Below, one piece after another: positions 28,491 to 42,000 of a DNA stretch of 64,000 bases; position 1 is the stretch's first letter; every line of letters starts with the position of its first letter. Made by a program: the position numbers and the translations under genes. This DNA comes from Felis catus. Taxonomy: Eukaryota. The stretch spans positions 62,558,001 through 62,622,000 of the forward strand of contig NC_058373.1 of assembly GCF_018350175.1 (NCBI RefSeq), given 5' to 3'. The notes below the pieces were generated by a model. That model was not told the DNA's origin, did no database searches, and saw only the letters and a program-made list of their open reading frames with translations.

Positions 28491-31001
28491 CTGTCTCAGA
28501 TGTTGGAGGAAGCAAGAGAAAGTGTTAAATGGTCATTACAAAGAATGGAAACCAGTAACTAGAACGGAAACAAGGTAGGCAGAGCTGAGGGTCCAGTGAA
28601 GTCTGGTGGTCACGAGTTCAAATCTACACCAATCTGCCCAGCTGCATGATTTTCTTTAGCAGTACTGAAGCTCTTATTAGATGTTTGTGAATCTGGTAAA
28701 ATCCTGATCTTTTTCCTATGTTGAGGTATAATGTGAATAATCACACAGAGACCTGATAGTGATTACAACTTTAAGGTCCTTCCACGGCTTTTCAGCACAG
28801 AGTGGCTTTAGGACAACCAACCATTCACATAGCACATAGTGGCTTTCTTTTGTTTCTCATCTTTCCACTGAACTGAGTTACAATTTCTTCTCTTAAGCAT
28901 AAACACCTACAGACCTTGAGGTATAGTCTTCCCTGGGAACAAGGGTGTGGGTAGAAAGGGTGAGGAACGCCTGTTTTTCTCTCCCCAAGTAAATGAAATC
29001 TTGATGGATGGCATGGGTGTCAGAGAGCTTCTTGTTGCCTGCGTGTATTATCAAGGGCTGAGATAAGGCCACCATGGAAGGAAAGATCAGAAACTCTCTG
29101 GACAAACGGGTGAAGGTTGTAAACCAAATGAATCTTCTTTCCCGAGACCCCTCCCAGCCCTTTCATGCACTGGGAGAAGAATGGAACGAGTTAGAGGGGG
29201 CTGAGGAAGTTTGGCTTATAAATCTCTTGTGAGATGTCTCTTTCAGAATCGGGCTCAAGCTGGGATATTGCCTAAATATCATGGTATCAGTTATGCCATG
29301 TGCCAGTAAAATCTAAGATTCTGCCGGTCAAATCAATCTCTAACATTGTCAACAAAGCACCAGAGCCATGGAAGGATGGGTTTTTCCATAGTAACAAAGT
29401 ATACCAAGTTACGTTTTAAAAACATACAGCACGCATACTCATACTCTGAGTGTGAGTTCAAGGATCTGTAGCACAAATAGGAGAAATGACCTTAAATCCC
29501 AAATGGGTATCAACGTAGTTCTATTTTAGAGTGTCTCCGTGTTAAGAAACCGTTTCTTGAATTTTTCAGAGCAAACATAAATGCTTTAACTGGTTTTCCT
29601 CTGCTTCACAGCATGCTTCTAAGCCATATACTCATTGTAACCACTGATAATATTAATAAAGTGAGTAGGTCTGCTGAAACTCAAAGGAAATTGGAAATGC
29701 TTTACATCTTGCTTTCCACAGTTGGGGCTGGAGAGGCAAGCTGGGTTACTCACTAATGTGGATTGCCTGCTGTTGGTATGGGCCCCTCTAGGTGTAAGGT
29801 GATGTTTTAGGTCACCACTGGGTTCTTCCAGTCTTTTGGGCCCGGCGGTAGACAGAACAGATCCAGTTGGTACCTTAACTACTCTGGCTTGTCTGCCTTC
29901 CTGTAGGGTTTTGTGGCTGTGGCCTGCAAGAATGGGACCCAGAAATCCCCGAGTAGGGTCCTCAGGTGTGCCCAAATCCTCGATGCCTGCCCCACCCACC
30001 CCTCCGTATTCTAACGGAGCCAGAAAAAGCTTTGAAGCTCCAGTCCTAGACACCATGTCTCTTCTTGCAAGACACAAGAGAGGGCGTGGGGGAACAGGTT
30101 CTTTTGGTCTGGATCCCTGCTGCCCTCCCACAATACAGGGCAGAAGAGCCTTGGTGAGCTGCTCAGAAGCGTTGAGAAGCTCAGAGCCTTGGTGAGCTGC
30201 TAAGATGCTGGTCTCTCTTTTGAATCAAGGCCAGACTTCTGCTTATGCTCAGGAGGAAGGGCTCACCTCGTCCTCCCCCTGGCTGATTGTGCCAGATGAG
30301 ACCAGGGCTCTCTCGGCCTGGATGTGTGGCAACAGGAGGACACGTCCATGGTGTAGAGAAGCCAGGACCCTGATGAACAGCCACAGGCCAGACAGGTGGA
30401 ATTTCACTTGGACATGAAGACAGAGTGGTCCCAGCAGACCTCCCGGGGGGACGGGTCCAAGTTAGGTCCTAGTCACTGCCTCCTCCTCCTCCTCCTGATG
30501 TCAGGGGTCAAGTGGATTTGATTTTCTCATTTTGCAAAGGAGCCGACATATCCCTTGGTCATTCCTGCCCACGGTCTTCTCTCTCTTCCACAACTCCTGT
30601 TGTCATTTGGGTTCCTGCTCCCCTTCTGGGCTACTTGGGGTGGGAGGTAGGTCTCAACGATATAAGGAAAACACAACACCAAAAATGCCCCTTGATTTGC
30701 CTCCAGCGTGGTCACAGACTGTTTGGCCCTAGAAAAGTCCCTTCCGGTCTGTGATACTCATCTGTAAGATGGCCTGGATCAGTGGTTTTCATGCTACATT
30801 CTGTGGAGCTGCCAGGAACTTGAGGGGTTCCCCAGGGCCTGTCTGCGAGGCACAGTAAAAAGGGGAGCTCAGCTGGCTCTGTATACCCCACCCAGAACCC
30901 ACTAGAGTCACTGCTTGTTATGTTTTATATGCTGTGTTTTCACACAAGGATTCTTTAAAGAAAGGGTCCTGAGGCTACAGAGCTTGAAAACTGTTGGAAT
31001 T

Positions 31002-31220
31002 GGGGCGCCTGGGAGGCTCAGTCGGTTAAGCGACCGACTTCAGCTCAGGTCACAGTCTTGCAGTCCGTGGATTCGAGCCCTGCATGGGGCTCTGTGCGGA
31101 CAGCTCAGAGCCTGGAGCCTGCTTCAGATTCTGTGTCTCCCTCTCTCTCTGTCCCTCCCCCCTTGTGTTCTCTCTCTTTCAAAAATAAATAAACTTAAAA
31201 AAAAAAAAAAAAGAAAAGAA
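31002..31220 (+). mobile_element. SINEC with TSD
   Basis: TSD gaaaactg(t/c)tggaat. Confidence 0.9.
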
Positions 31221-33014
31221 AACTGCTGGAATAAATGATCATTAAGGTCCCTTCCAGTCTGAGATACTTGCACTTCTGAAGCCCAGCTTGAGTTGTTTCC
31301 CTCCTGGAAGCCTTCCTGGTTACCCAGTCCTGGGTACTTGACCTCCAGCGATACTAATGGTGACAGGCATTTGGCCCTCAGCATGCCCTGCATGGTGCTG
31401 TCAGTGACCCATTGCTCCTGTGTGTCTATGTGAGCTGTTTCCCCAGCTAGAGGGCGGGCTCCTTGAGGGCAGATGTTCCATTTTCCTTCCATGCCTCCGT
31501 CTCCCCAAAGTACCGTAGGAGAGTAGGTATTCAAGTAAATGTGCTCCAAGCGCCATCGCTCTCACGTGGGCTCAAAAACCTTGCGGAGAGACTCTGCTTT
31601 GGGAAGGAGGAGTCACCTTTTGGTCTGCTGAGAACCCCCAGAACGTCATGTCCTTAGGAAGCTGGGGACCCTGACGCGGGGAATAGCTTTAGACTCACAC
31701 ACTCCCAAAAGGGGCAGGCCTGGGGTCCTGCCTTAACTGAATTCCGTTCAACCTCTACTACCCTCAGTGCCTCTCCTGACAGGGGCTCTCCATACACTGT
31801 GGCCATGGAAGAAGCATGCCCCTGAACCCGGGAAGCAGATCAGCCAGGATGCCCCATAGCCGATAGGTTCTCAGTGGATCTGAAGGGAAGCACTGGGCGG
31901 ATGCGGAGCAACTTGCAGCCAGCTCAGAGTATAGCTCTCTCTCGAGACGGAGGTCTAAAGAGAGGAAGGAAGGGAGTGTTGCACTCAGAGACACCTGTGA
32001 AGGCAGGTCGTAAGAGGGTGCCAGAGGTCAAGTTAGCTACAAGCCAATGTCCCTGGGGCAGGGAGCCAGGAGAGTGGAAGTTTCAGGGGGGAGTGAGCCA
32101 GGGAAGTTGCTTCCGCCTGTACTAGTTCCGTGACTGTGGGTCAATCGCTTAAGCTTACTTACTCTCAATGACTTTACCTATAAATCGGGGGCAGAAGGAC
32201 CTGGCTAACCGCAGGCTTCCCCAGAGTGACACGGTGAGACTAAGGAGAAAGTGGGTGTGCAAGTGTTCCGTAAACTAAGAGATGCAGGATGTAAAGGATT
32301 CTTATTGTTCGTTCACAGGGGAGAGCACGCTTCGTGTACCAGAGCAGCTCCCCACGAGGGACCGTCCTGTAACTGACACTGTGAGGCTGACCAGCCCTCC
32401 TCCTCCTCCTGCTTCATTCCCAGCAGCCGTCTCTGCCAGGCCCTGGCAAATATCTGGTCAGCCCGGGGAGTGTGAGGGGGTAGGGCTGTTCAGGAAAGAG
32501 TCACTTAATTCCGGCCCAGAGAAGCTCTCCAAAGAGAAGGAAGTGTCCTGCTGCAGAGCCCCTGAAAGGTGTGAGGCCCTGGAGGCTGCTGAGGCTCCCT
32601 AGGGCTCTTCTGGTTGGTGAGGTGCCCTGGCAGGATTCCACGGACTGAGTCCCTTCGTCCCACTTGGCTTGGGGGCTGGGTCAGCCTCGCCCTGATACCT
32701 GGAGCTACACATCTGGCCCTCCCCCTTCCAGAGGTCCTGGTTGGCATATGGGGACAAGTGAGACCTCAGCAAGTTACAAGGAGAGCTTGACATTTCTCTC
32801 CAAAGACCCTCTCCACTGAATCCTCCAGATGTGGGGAGTAAGTAGCAGTCTGGACCAAGGCTGAAACATCTGGCAGGGTTTAAAATCCACAGCTGGAGGG
32901 TGAGACCTCTCCATGCTGATGCGGGCAGACACTATCAGGCTCCAGTCTGGGGCTGCCCCCCTCCTGTCACCTCTGACAGGCTCTGCGCCCCAGTCCTGCC
33001 TTCCTGGGCCTCCC

Positions 33015-36000
33015 TCAGCTACTGTAGCCTGAAGTGTGGGTGCTGGGCCTGCGTAGCCAAACATCTGGCAGATCTGGCTGGCTGTTGGGCAGCACCACAG
33101 GGCTGCCATCCCCTGGCGCCCCACGGCCCTTCCAGGAGGAGCTGCTCTGGTGGGAGGCAGGCAGCGACGGATCATACACGGTCTCCCTCAGTGCCAGCCA
33201 TAGGGTGTCTCGCTTCTCATTCAGCTGGCCCCGCTCAGGTACCGTTTGCTCTGTTTCGTCCAGGTCCTCTGGGGAGGCACCCACAGAATCTGGCACTCGG
33301 GCACTGGGCTCAGAGGTGCTTAGGCAGGTCTCGTCAGAGACGCTGAGCCCCTCCAGGGTGCTAGCTGAGGAGCAGAGGCAATCCGGAGGCTCCACGGCCT
33401 TGGGCTTGGGAGGGTGGGCCGAGACTTCTGGTGAGGCCTGCACGGGCTCAGCCTTCTGCCCTTGGGAGTCCTGCCTGGCTTGGGTTTTGGGGCTGGGGCC
33501 AGCCTGCTTATAGGGGGAGGAGGTCTGCAGGGCCGGGCACTGGCTGAAGACTGCCTGGTGGTCCAGGAACAGCTCCCTTGGGGAGGCAGGGGCCGGTGGG
33601 GGCCGGGGGCAGCAGGGGCCATCATGCAGCTGTAGATCCTCAGAGAGCACCGAGGGCCGGTGGGACAGTTTGCTAGTGGCTGTGCTGGTGTCAAAGCTGG
33701 GACTCCGGCGCCGTGCCAGGGGCTGTAGCTCGTATTGTTCCGAGCAGGATCCGGGTGCCTTTCCCACTGGCCCTGATCTTGGGCGGCCTGCCTTTTCCCC
33801 ACTAGGCTCCCCATTCCCAGCATCCCATGGCAGGTGGGCACAAGGCCAGAGGATCTGCCCACAGTTCTTCTCTGGTCCAAAGAAACAGCACAGAGATTGG
33901 AAGAAGAAGCTGGCAAAGCCACAGCTGACGCACTTGACCATCATGAGGACAATGCCCAGCTTGCGATAGAGCAGCACTGTGGCAGGCAGCATGAGCACAC
34001 CGGCCGCAAACAGGGCCGCGGCCCCCACAGCCGTGGCACAGCTGGTCTGGCGCAGTGAGAAGGCCACGCGGCTCAGGCGGTCGGGGTGTGGGCACAGGTG
34101 ATAGGAGATGCAGTAGTTGACAGTGAAGTCTACTGAGAGGCCCACGGAAGCAGAGAGAAAGAGGGCTTCGGCAGTGTTGAGCTGCCATTCGAGTAGAACC
34201 AGGAGCCCCACGGTGAGCAGTACGGTGCCTGCCACCGCTGCCACAGAGAACAGGCTAAGCGGAACGTTCCAGGTGCCCAGCAGCAGTGTGGCAAACGCCA
34301 GCGCCAGAGCCAGGCCCAGCACCACAGCAGGTTCTGTGCTCAGGCTGTGTTGCAGGCTGTACAGCTCCAGATGGCTGGTAAACCAACCCCGGTGGAGGCC
34401 GGGAGGTGCTCTGCCCAGCTCCCCTGCCAGCCAGTGGCTGACTTCAGCATAGAAGTGGTGTGCTTGGCTGTAATCTGTACTGTACTGGAAGTTAGTCTGG
34501 AACTGCAGAACCAGGGCAGCCAAGCCGCCCTGGCTATTGAAGCGGGGTCCTAGGTCACGGGTGCTGTTGGGGCCTTGCTCCAGAGCCATCATCTTGAGGC
34601 AGTGCAGGAAAAGCTGGGGTGCCCAAGGGAAGCCTGAGTGGCCACAGCAGAGGCCAGGCCCCAGGCGGGCACAAGCAGGACTCTCCACCCAGCGCTGGAG
34701 GGCCTCCATGAAGCACAGCGTGGGCCAGCCCTCGGGCTGGACACCAAAGAAGCTCTGATTCCGAGCTTCGTGGCAGAGTGCCAGCAGCCAGCGCTGGGCC
34801 TCGGGACCGCTGGCAGAGAAGGCAGGGTCACTCACCAGGGAGCTGTTGCTGCGAGGGTCCAGCGGGTCGCCAGTGTCCACGGGCAGGATGCCCCACACCA
34901 AAACCACAGGCATGTGGCCGCCCTCGCCCTGAGGCAGCCGCTCAAACAGGAACTGCTGGCGGTACTCCGCGTCGAAACGCTCGAAGGGGTGGCTAGGCCG
35001 GAAGACCTGGCCGCGGGGCGGCGGCAGAGTGGGCAGCCGCAGACGGGGGCTAACGCCGGCGATGTAGGCGCCCCCTGCCGCCAGCGCGGCGAACCAGCAG
35101 ATCCAGATGTAGCGGAACTTGATGACCCCACAGGGCAGCAGGCGCTGGAAGAGCAGGCGCGAGGTGCTGGCCGCCGCCCTCCGAAGGCCGCGGAGCCGCC
35201 GGTGCAGCGCCAGCGCCAGCCGCCGGGGCGCACTGCCGCCCCACGGGCCCTGCGCCCGGGACGCACAGCCGCGGGCCAGGTAGCGCTCGTGGAGCACGGC
35301 GGCGGAGGGCAGCCAGGCCAGCGTGAGCGCCAGGTGCGCCAGCACGGACGTGCCCATGTAGAGGGCGAAGCAGCGTACGGCCGGCAGACGGCTCAGGTAG
35401 CTGGCATAAAAGGCCGCGGCCGTGGTGAGGCCCGAGACCAGCAGCAGGTAGCCGAAATGGTGCATGGTGCGGCCCACGCGCTGTGCCAGCCCCCCGGAGG
35501 GCAGCTGGCTCTTGCTGAGGCGCCACAGGTCGAAGAAGATGAGGGTGTGGTTGGCGCAGACGCTGCTGAGCAGGACGAAGGCTGCCAGATTGACGAAGGG
35601 AAAGTAGGCCATGCGGAAGGCCACACGGTAAAGAAAGAAGGCAACTAGGAGGGAGCCCAGCACCCCCAGCAGCACCATGAGTGTGAGGAAGAGGGAGCGC
35701 AAGTAGAGGGCGATGCTGAGGAAGATGGCAGCCAGGGCCAGCAAGGGGTACACCGTGTCCTGGACCAGGTAGTGCCTCAGCAGCTCCTGCTTGAGGCCCA
35801 GGTCCATGCCAGTGATGGATGTGTAGTTGTCAGAGAGCCCCCAGGGGGTGGCTAGGCGGTCCAGGTAGATGCCCATCATAGAGGCACCCTTGGGAGTGGG
35901 CAGGAAGAGCAGGCTGTACTTGAGGGAGGGCACCTGGTAGTCAGCAGTCTGGGGGCTCAGGAAGTCCCTGTCCAGCAGAAAGTGGAGGAGTTGGTAGACG

Positions 36001-39000
36001 GCACTGCTCCGAGAGCACTTGGTGGGAACCTGGGCGCAGTGCGGGGGCTTGTCCTGCCCGGGGCCCAGACAAGAGGGCACCAGGGCACCGCGGTGGTAGT
36101 AGATGGCACAGGCCCGCAGAAGGGCCAGTGTTCGGGCTGCATCCGCTTGGGTCGTGTCCAGGCAGGAGGAGCGGTTGGAGAGCACGGCCACATAGTTGCC
36201 CAGGGACCAGCTGGGACAGCACTTGTTGGCTTCCGTCCGCTGGCACAGAGCCCCAAAGCGGGTATGGGAGCGGATCTGTACAGCACACACAGCGGGAGAG
36301 AGCTCAGGAGCAACGCAGGGGCCCAGGTTTCCCCAGCCCTATCCAAGGCCCCCTCACCTCCTTTCAGGCTATGGGGCAGAGGCAGAGAGGTATCTCCCCA
36401 GCCCAGTAGAAGTGGCTTGTCTCAGAGCTGCACTTGGCTCCGGACTACATCTTGACTCCATCAAAGAGGAGCCTCAGGGATGCTGCCCGAGGCCTCAGCC
36501 TGAGAGGTCCTGCCCTGAGGACCCCTGCAGGTCACACACCCCAGCTCTTCACTGCCTGAGCCAGGAGTGCTAGTGGAGTGCCAGCCACAGAGGGGTCAAG
36601 GGTCCAGGGAACTGGAAGCAAATGATGGGAAAAGTGAGGCCAAAACATTCCAGGATCAGGGTCAGTGCCAAGCCTTAGCCCCCCACCTCTGTCCACAGGT
36701 CTGCTTAAACCCTCTTAGGGCCAGGGCTGTTTCTTTTACAGACCCCATGTCTCCTTTTCTCTCCCACCTGCTGTTGACACAACACATCACAACAGCTGGT
36801 GTAGTTTGGGAGGGCACTGGCCTGGGGAATCAGAGGCCCGGTTTTGTCACCAACTGGCTGTACTGTACGGCCTTGGGCCTGAGATCGTGGTGACAACAGT
36901 AACATTTATTAAGAGATTTCTGGGGCGCCTGCGTGGCTCAGTCGGTTGGGCGGCCGACTTTGGCTCAGGTCATGATCTCGCGGTCCGTGGGTTCGAGCCC
37001 CGCGTCGGGCTCTGTGCTGACAGCTCAGAGCCTGGAGCCTGTTTCAGATTCTGTGTCTCCCTCTCTCTCAGACCCTCTCCCATTCATGCTCTGTCTCTCC
37101 CTGTCTCAAAAATAAATAAAAGTTAAAGAAAAAAAAATAAAAAAAAAGAGATTTCTATTGCCAATCACTATGACAAATTCTATCTTGTTTAACTGTCACA
37201 ACATCCCTATGAGACAAGTACCATTATTTTCTCCATTTTATATATGCAAAGCCTGAGGCACTGAGAGGTTAAGAAACATGCCTGCCGTCACACAGCTAGG
37301 GAGTATTAGAACTGGCCTTGAATTTAGGCATCTGACTCCAGGGCGCATGTTAAGGCGTCTTTTGGTACTTTGAATTCACTTGTATGGAGTGCCTTGGGCT
37401 ACTCAGTGGTGTTCACACTGTTTTTAGCAGCAAATCTTTCTTCAGATGTTATGGTATATGGCTTTCCAGTTGGCATGGTTGGATTGGCACTGCTTGGGTT
37501 GATGGAGGCTGGGAGCCTTGGGCTGGGTCCTCCTCAACAGCTCTTGAAGCTTTTCTTCGGGACCTTTTGAAAATCCCCAGGCTCCACATAGTCTGTGTCT
37601 TGGCTCTTATAAAAAGTTGACTCTTCTTTCTCCACCCCAACCTGGAGCCTCTCAACAGGGTTGGAATAATTTTCTAAGCAGGGAATATTCTTCCCTAGTC
37701 CACCCTGGAAGTCCTGGCTCAGCTGTATTTCCTTGAGATCAGGTCCCTGATGTCCCTGCCCCACCCCCACACCCCCCAACCCCTGGCACCTCCCCAGTCT
37801 GCTCACCTGGTCCCGTTCCATGCGACACATGGAATGGATGGCGTGCAGGTTCCACAGGCTGCCCGCTGAGGTCGACATGAACACCAGCTGTGCATAGCTC
37901 TTCTCTGCAACACACCCCACCCCCCGCCCCTTCCAGAGCTCAGCTCTTTGGCATCAGGTCCTGGGCCCACCAGAGGGAAGACGCTTACCCAGGGCCATAT
38001 GAGGTTCAGAGTCTCAGGAGTCTGAAACCTGTGCCAGGCTGCCTGATCCGGTGCTCCACCCCCACCCAGCTTGACTCTGTGTGGCTGGAGTACCCGAGAC
38101 CTGCCTCAGCCTCCCAGCTGTAACCCAACTTCCTTGACTTGAACATGGCCAGCCAACCTCCTTCCTTTTCTGTCTGCCCACATTTGTTCTCCTGAGCCCT
38201 CCTGTTCTAGTAGGTAGGAAGGGGACCACCATGAAAGGCAAGAACTGGCTAGGCTGCAGCTTACCAGGGGGACCACAAAAGAAGTCCTCCTGCCCTCTGT
38301 CTTCCAGGGGTTCCACCATCCTTCGAGGCCGGACCAAGCCCTCCTGGGCACTGCTCCAGGGTGTGGGGCTCAGAGTGGTGTGGGGGTTTGAGCTGAGGTA
38401 GAGAGAAAATCTATGCCAGGCACCATCAAGGGGTAGGGGCTCAGAGGAGGCCAGATACCACTCCCCAGGGGATCCCAGCAAGTCCCTCTGACCTGCATTT
38501 GGGGAGGTCACCCAATGCCCCCTCTCTTTCCCCCATTCGCTTCAACAGCGGAAAGGTGGGAACCCACTACCTGTTCAGCTCAAAGTCTGGGGAAAGAGAA
38601 AGCAGCTTCCTGGGGCCTGTGAGGGCTTGCAGTGCTCTCCAGACCACTAGCTTGCGCCCAATGTCTGTGTCTCGAGGCTCAAAACCCTGCAGGAAGGAAG
38701 ACAGAGAAGATCAGGCAGGAGGAGGGGTGCTCCGTCTGGCTCTTCTTGGCTCTGCCCCTTTGCATCCCTGGAGCAGAGAGGGCCAGTCCACCTGTCTGGA
38801 TTGTTGGATGAGAGTATCGCCTCTGTACCATTTCCCCAACGTGCACTGCCACCCCACTCCAGCTGTGCCGTCCAACTTTCTGCCCCAGACAGAGCCGAGG
38901 TGGCCAGGCCTGGGGGCCCCTATCCCTTCCCCGTCCCGCCCTTTCTTACCAGCAAGGGCTTGGAGAAGTCGGGCAGTCGGTCCCCCAACAGTCCAGCCAG

Positions 39001-42000
39001 GGTGCAGAGGAGGATGACAGCCAGACACAGCAGCAGCATGGCCACCGGCCACTCGGCAATCAGCTGGGAATAGCTGGGAAAGAGGAAGAGAACCCACAGG
39101 AATTGGTGTTGGGTAAGGCAACAGGGTGTGGTGAGCTTAGGAGTCACCAAGAAGGGGTGGTGGGGCCAAACTTGGCACCAGCCTAGTCACCCTTAGGGGG
39201 CCAGAGAAGGCCCAGGCCTACCTCTTTGGCATCTGGAAGGCCCGTTCCTGCCTGTGGAAGAGAAGAAAAGATACTTGCTTGTCAGAGCCCTCTTGCAGGC
39301 TGGGAGGTAGAGGAAGATGGTACTAACCCTTACAGGCTGTTCTACTCCCAAGTTCCAACCCTTACTTCCTCCTCCATCCAGGCTGCCTCCTCCATCAGAG
39401 GCAGGAGACATCCTGGGCTGCCTCCTAATGAAGGAGTCCTGAGCCCCAGGGGCTCACTCCACTTTGAAGCCTTGCCCCACCTTCCAGTGGCAGCTTGCAG
39501 GCTGCTGAACCCCTCCTTACCTGACACTGACCACATGATGCTGCACGGATGGTGGCTTCCAGGCCCCATCTCGCTGTGAGGGGGCTGGAGAAGGGCTGAG
39601 GCTAGAGCCATGGGAGCATAGAGCTGCCCGGTCCCCAAGCCCTGGCAGGGAACTGTCCCCCCGGTATTCCTGTGGTGCCTTGGGATAGGTGAAGTGTGCA
39701 GGGGCCAAGGGGCTGGACGGGCCCCCAGGCTGGAGGGTGGAAGTCGCTGGTGGGGGTCCTGAAGAACTGGAAGGTTCCTCAAGGGGGCAGCTGTGGAGAG
39801 AGCAGCTCTTCTCTGGGCTTGCCTCAGGGGTCACAGCCTTGCTTTGGGACCTGTTGAGAGAGGAGACAAGGGTGATGGGGGCGGGGGTCATCCCATGCCC
39901 CATCATTGTTCAGGAGTCGGAGGCAAGGAGCTGGGGGCTTGGGGTTGTTCTATTACTAGTCCTGGGGGAGAGGGGAGGAGGATGCAGGCTACTCCCCAGC
40001 CTACCTCTTGGGCCCGCTATCTCATTCACTCATCTGTCCACACGCTCAAAAAACGTTATTGGCAGAGCCTGACACATGCTGAACACTGTGCTTTTACATA
40101 TATGGTGTCCTCTATTCCTCACAAAAACCCTACAGGGGAGATACTTTTCTTGTTTTATAGATTTGAAAATAGGTTCAGTGAGCCATGAAGCGCTGGGCCT
40201 TAAACCCAGGTCTGACTTGCAGTCCTGTGCTCTTCCGGCTGCAGTCATCTGTACATTCTCTTGTCGGACATTTATTGAGCACCTGCTGCAATCTTGGTCC
40301 CACCTTAGAGCCTGTGAACTTTCTCCTCCTTCAGCTTGGGGTGCTCCTCCCCCAGATAACTGCATGGCTCATAGCCCCTCTTTAGTCTCTGTTCAACTAT
40401 TACCCTCTTAGAGAAGCCTTCCCTGACCACCCTTTCTAAATAATCACCTGTCAGCTCTCTATCCCCTTACCCTGTTTTATATTTCTTCACAGCATTTGCC
40501 CCAACCAGACCTTATAGTGTTGTCGTGTTTACTGCCTGACTCGCAAATGGAATGTGAGCTCCAGGAGAGCAGGGTCTGGTGCATTTGTTCATCTCTGCAG
40601 CCCTCGTGCCTTGAAGAGTGACTTGCACTCAGAAGGTGCCCAGGGAATATTTGCTGAATGACTACTGAGCACTAGATAGGCTGCTAATAGTGGTCCTGGG
40701 ATGAATAGGGCCTTTGGCCTTTAGGCACTCATGGTAGGCAGGAGATGTTGACAACAGTCCAACATGTTGGGTGCTGTGAGAGAGGAAGTCAGAGGGCTGA
40801 AGGAGCCCAGAGGAAGGCCCAGCTTTGATAGGGGTGTGAGGTTTAGGGTATGCCAAACCTCAGGGAAGGTTTGGCAGAGGCAAGTGCTGCCCTTCCACCA
40901 GCCTTGGGCCATGGGGCAGAAGGTTTGCTTTATAAGAGTGTGCACAGTTGGGAGAGGGAGTTGGGACCCCCAAGGAACTTGCTAAGGAAGAATTGACAAT
41001 AGATTCTTCTTTCCAAATTACTCATGAGAGCAGCTCTCAGTGCATGGATGCAGCCCCACTCCTTGGGTGCAGGGGGAGGTGGAGTCCCACCCAGTGGCAG
41101 GATTGCCAGACCTGAGACGAGAGAAGATGTCCACAGAACAGAGTAGCTGAGGGCTATGGAGGGTTTCCAGAGGGGCTTCGGACTGGGAAGCCCTGGCAGA
41201 GTTCTGTCTTCTCTCCCCATTCACCTGACTCACCTGGCTGGCCAGAACTTGTGTAGTTGTGTCATTTACGCTGAGCCAACCCTGGCTTCCGGCCCTGCCT
41301 GCTGCACTGCTGAAAGGGTTATATGCCAGAGTCCCAGCCATGGTGGCAAGTAGACATTGCCCAGGGAGGCTGGGTTCTGCCCAGAGACCAAGTAGAGGAA
41401 GTGGATAGAATAGGTAAGCTCTTCCTCCTCCACCCAGAAGGACGACTGGCTGGCATAGCAGTCTGGGAAAGGATGAGCCCCATGCTGAGAGCAAAATGGG
41501 GGAGCACTGGAGGTGGGCTCCTGGCTCCATCATCCTTTAGCTCTGGGGCCTTGGGAAAGACACAATTCTTGGAGTGCTGGCATCCTTGCCTATCGAGTGA
41601 GAGTATGTTGATAATGCCCCCTCTCCGTTGGGTGTGGGAATTAACTGATACAACATACGTGAGGTGCCTGCCATGGAGCCTGGCATGTGGAAGATACATT
41701 TGCTTTCCTGCCCCTTCCCACACTCAGTTCTTCAGGAAGCATATAATTTAAGAAGTATGTTTATATTTACAATTTGACCTCTTCAGGCACCTCAGATAAT
41801 GTATCTCCACTTTGGAACTTCTTGCACCTTGAGAGTCTCGTTACATATATAATTATAAACACTTTCCTTTTTGTTATCTAAAAGCTACGTCAGAATTTGA
41901 TCTTATGGTTTAAATCACTGATACTTATTGGGGCACCTGGGTGGCTCAGTCCACTAAGTGTCCGACTCTTGACTTCGGCTTGGGTCATGATCTCGCAGTT

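Noticed and set aside
34638-35648. 336-aa plus-strand ORF and other ORFs overlapping DISP2 exon 8
   Set aside because: Antisense or alternative-frame shadows of a GC-rich real CDS; no recognisable protein features.
37370-37690. Coding-looking stretch in DISP2 intron 7
   Set aside because: DISP2 splices in frame without it; the termini resemble an ancient hAT/MER DNA element; no recognisable protein.
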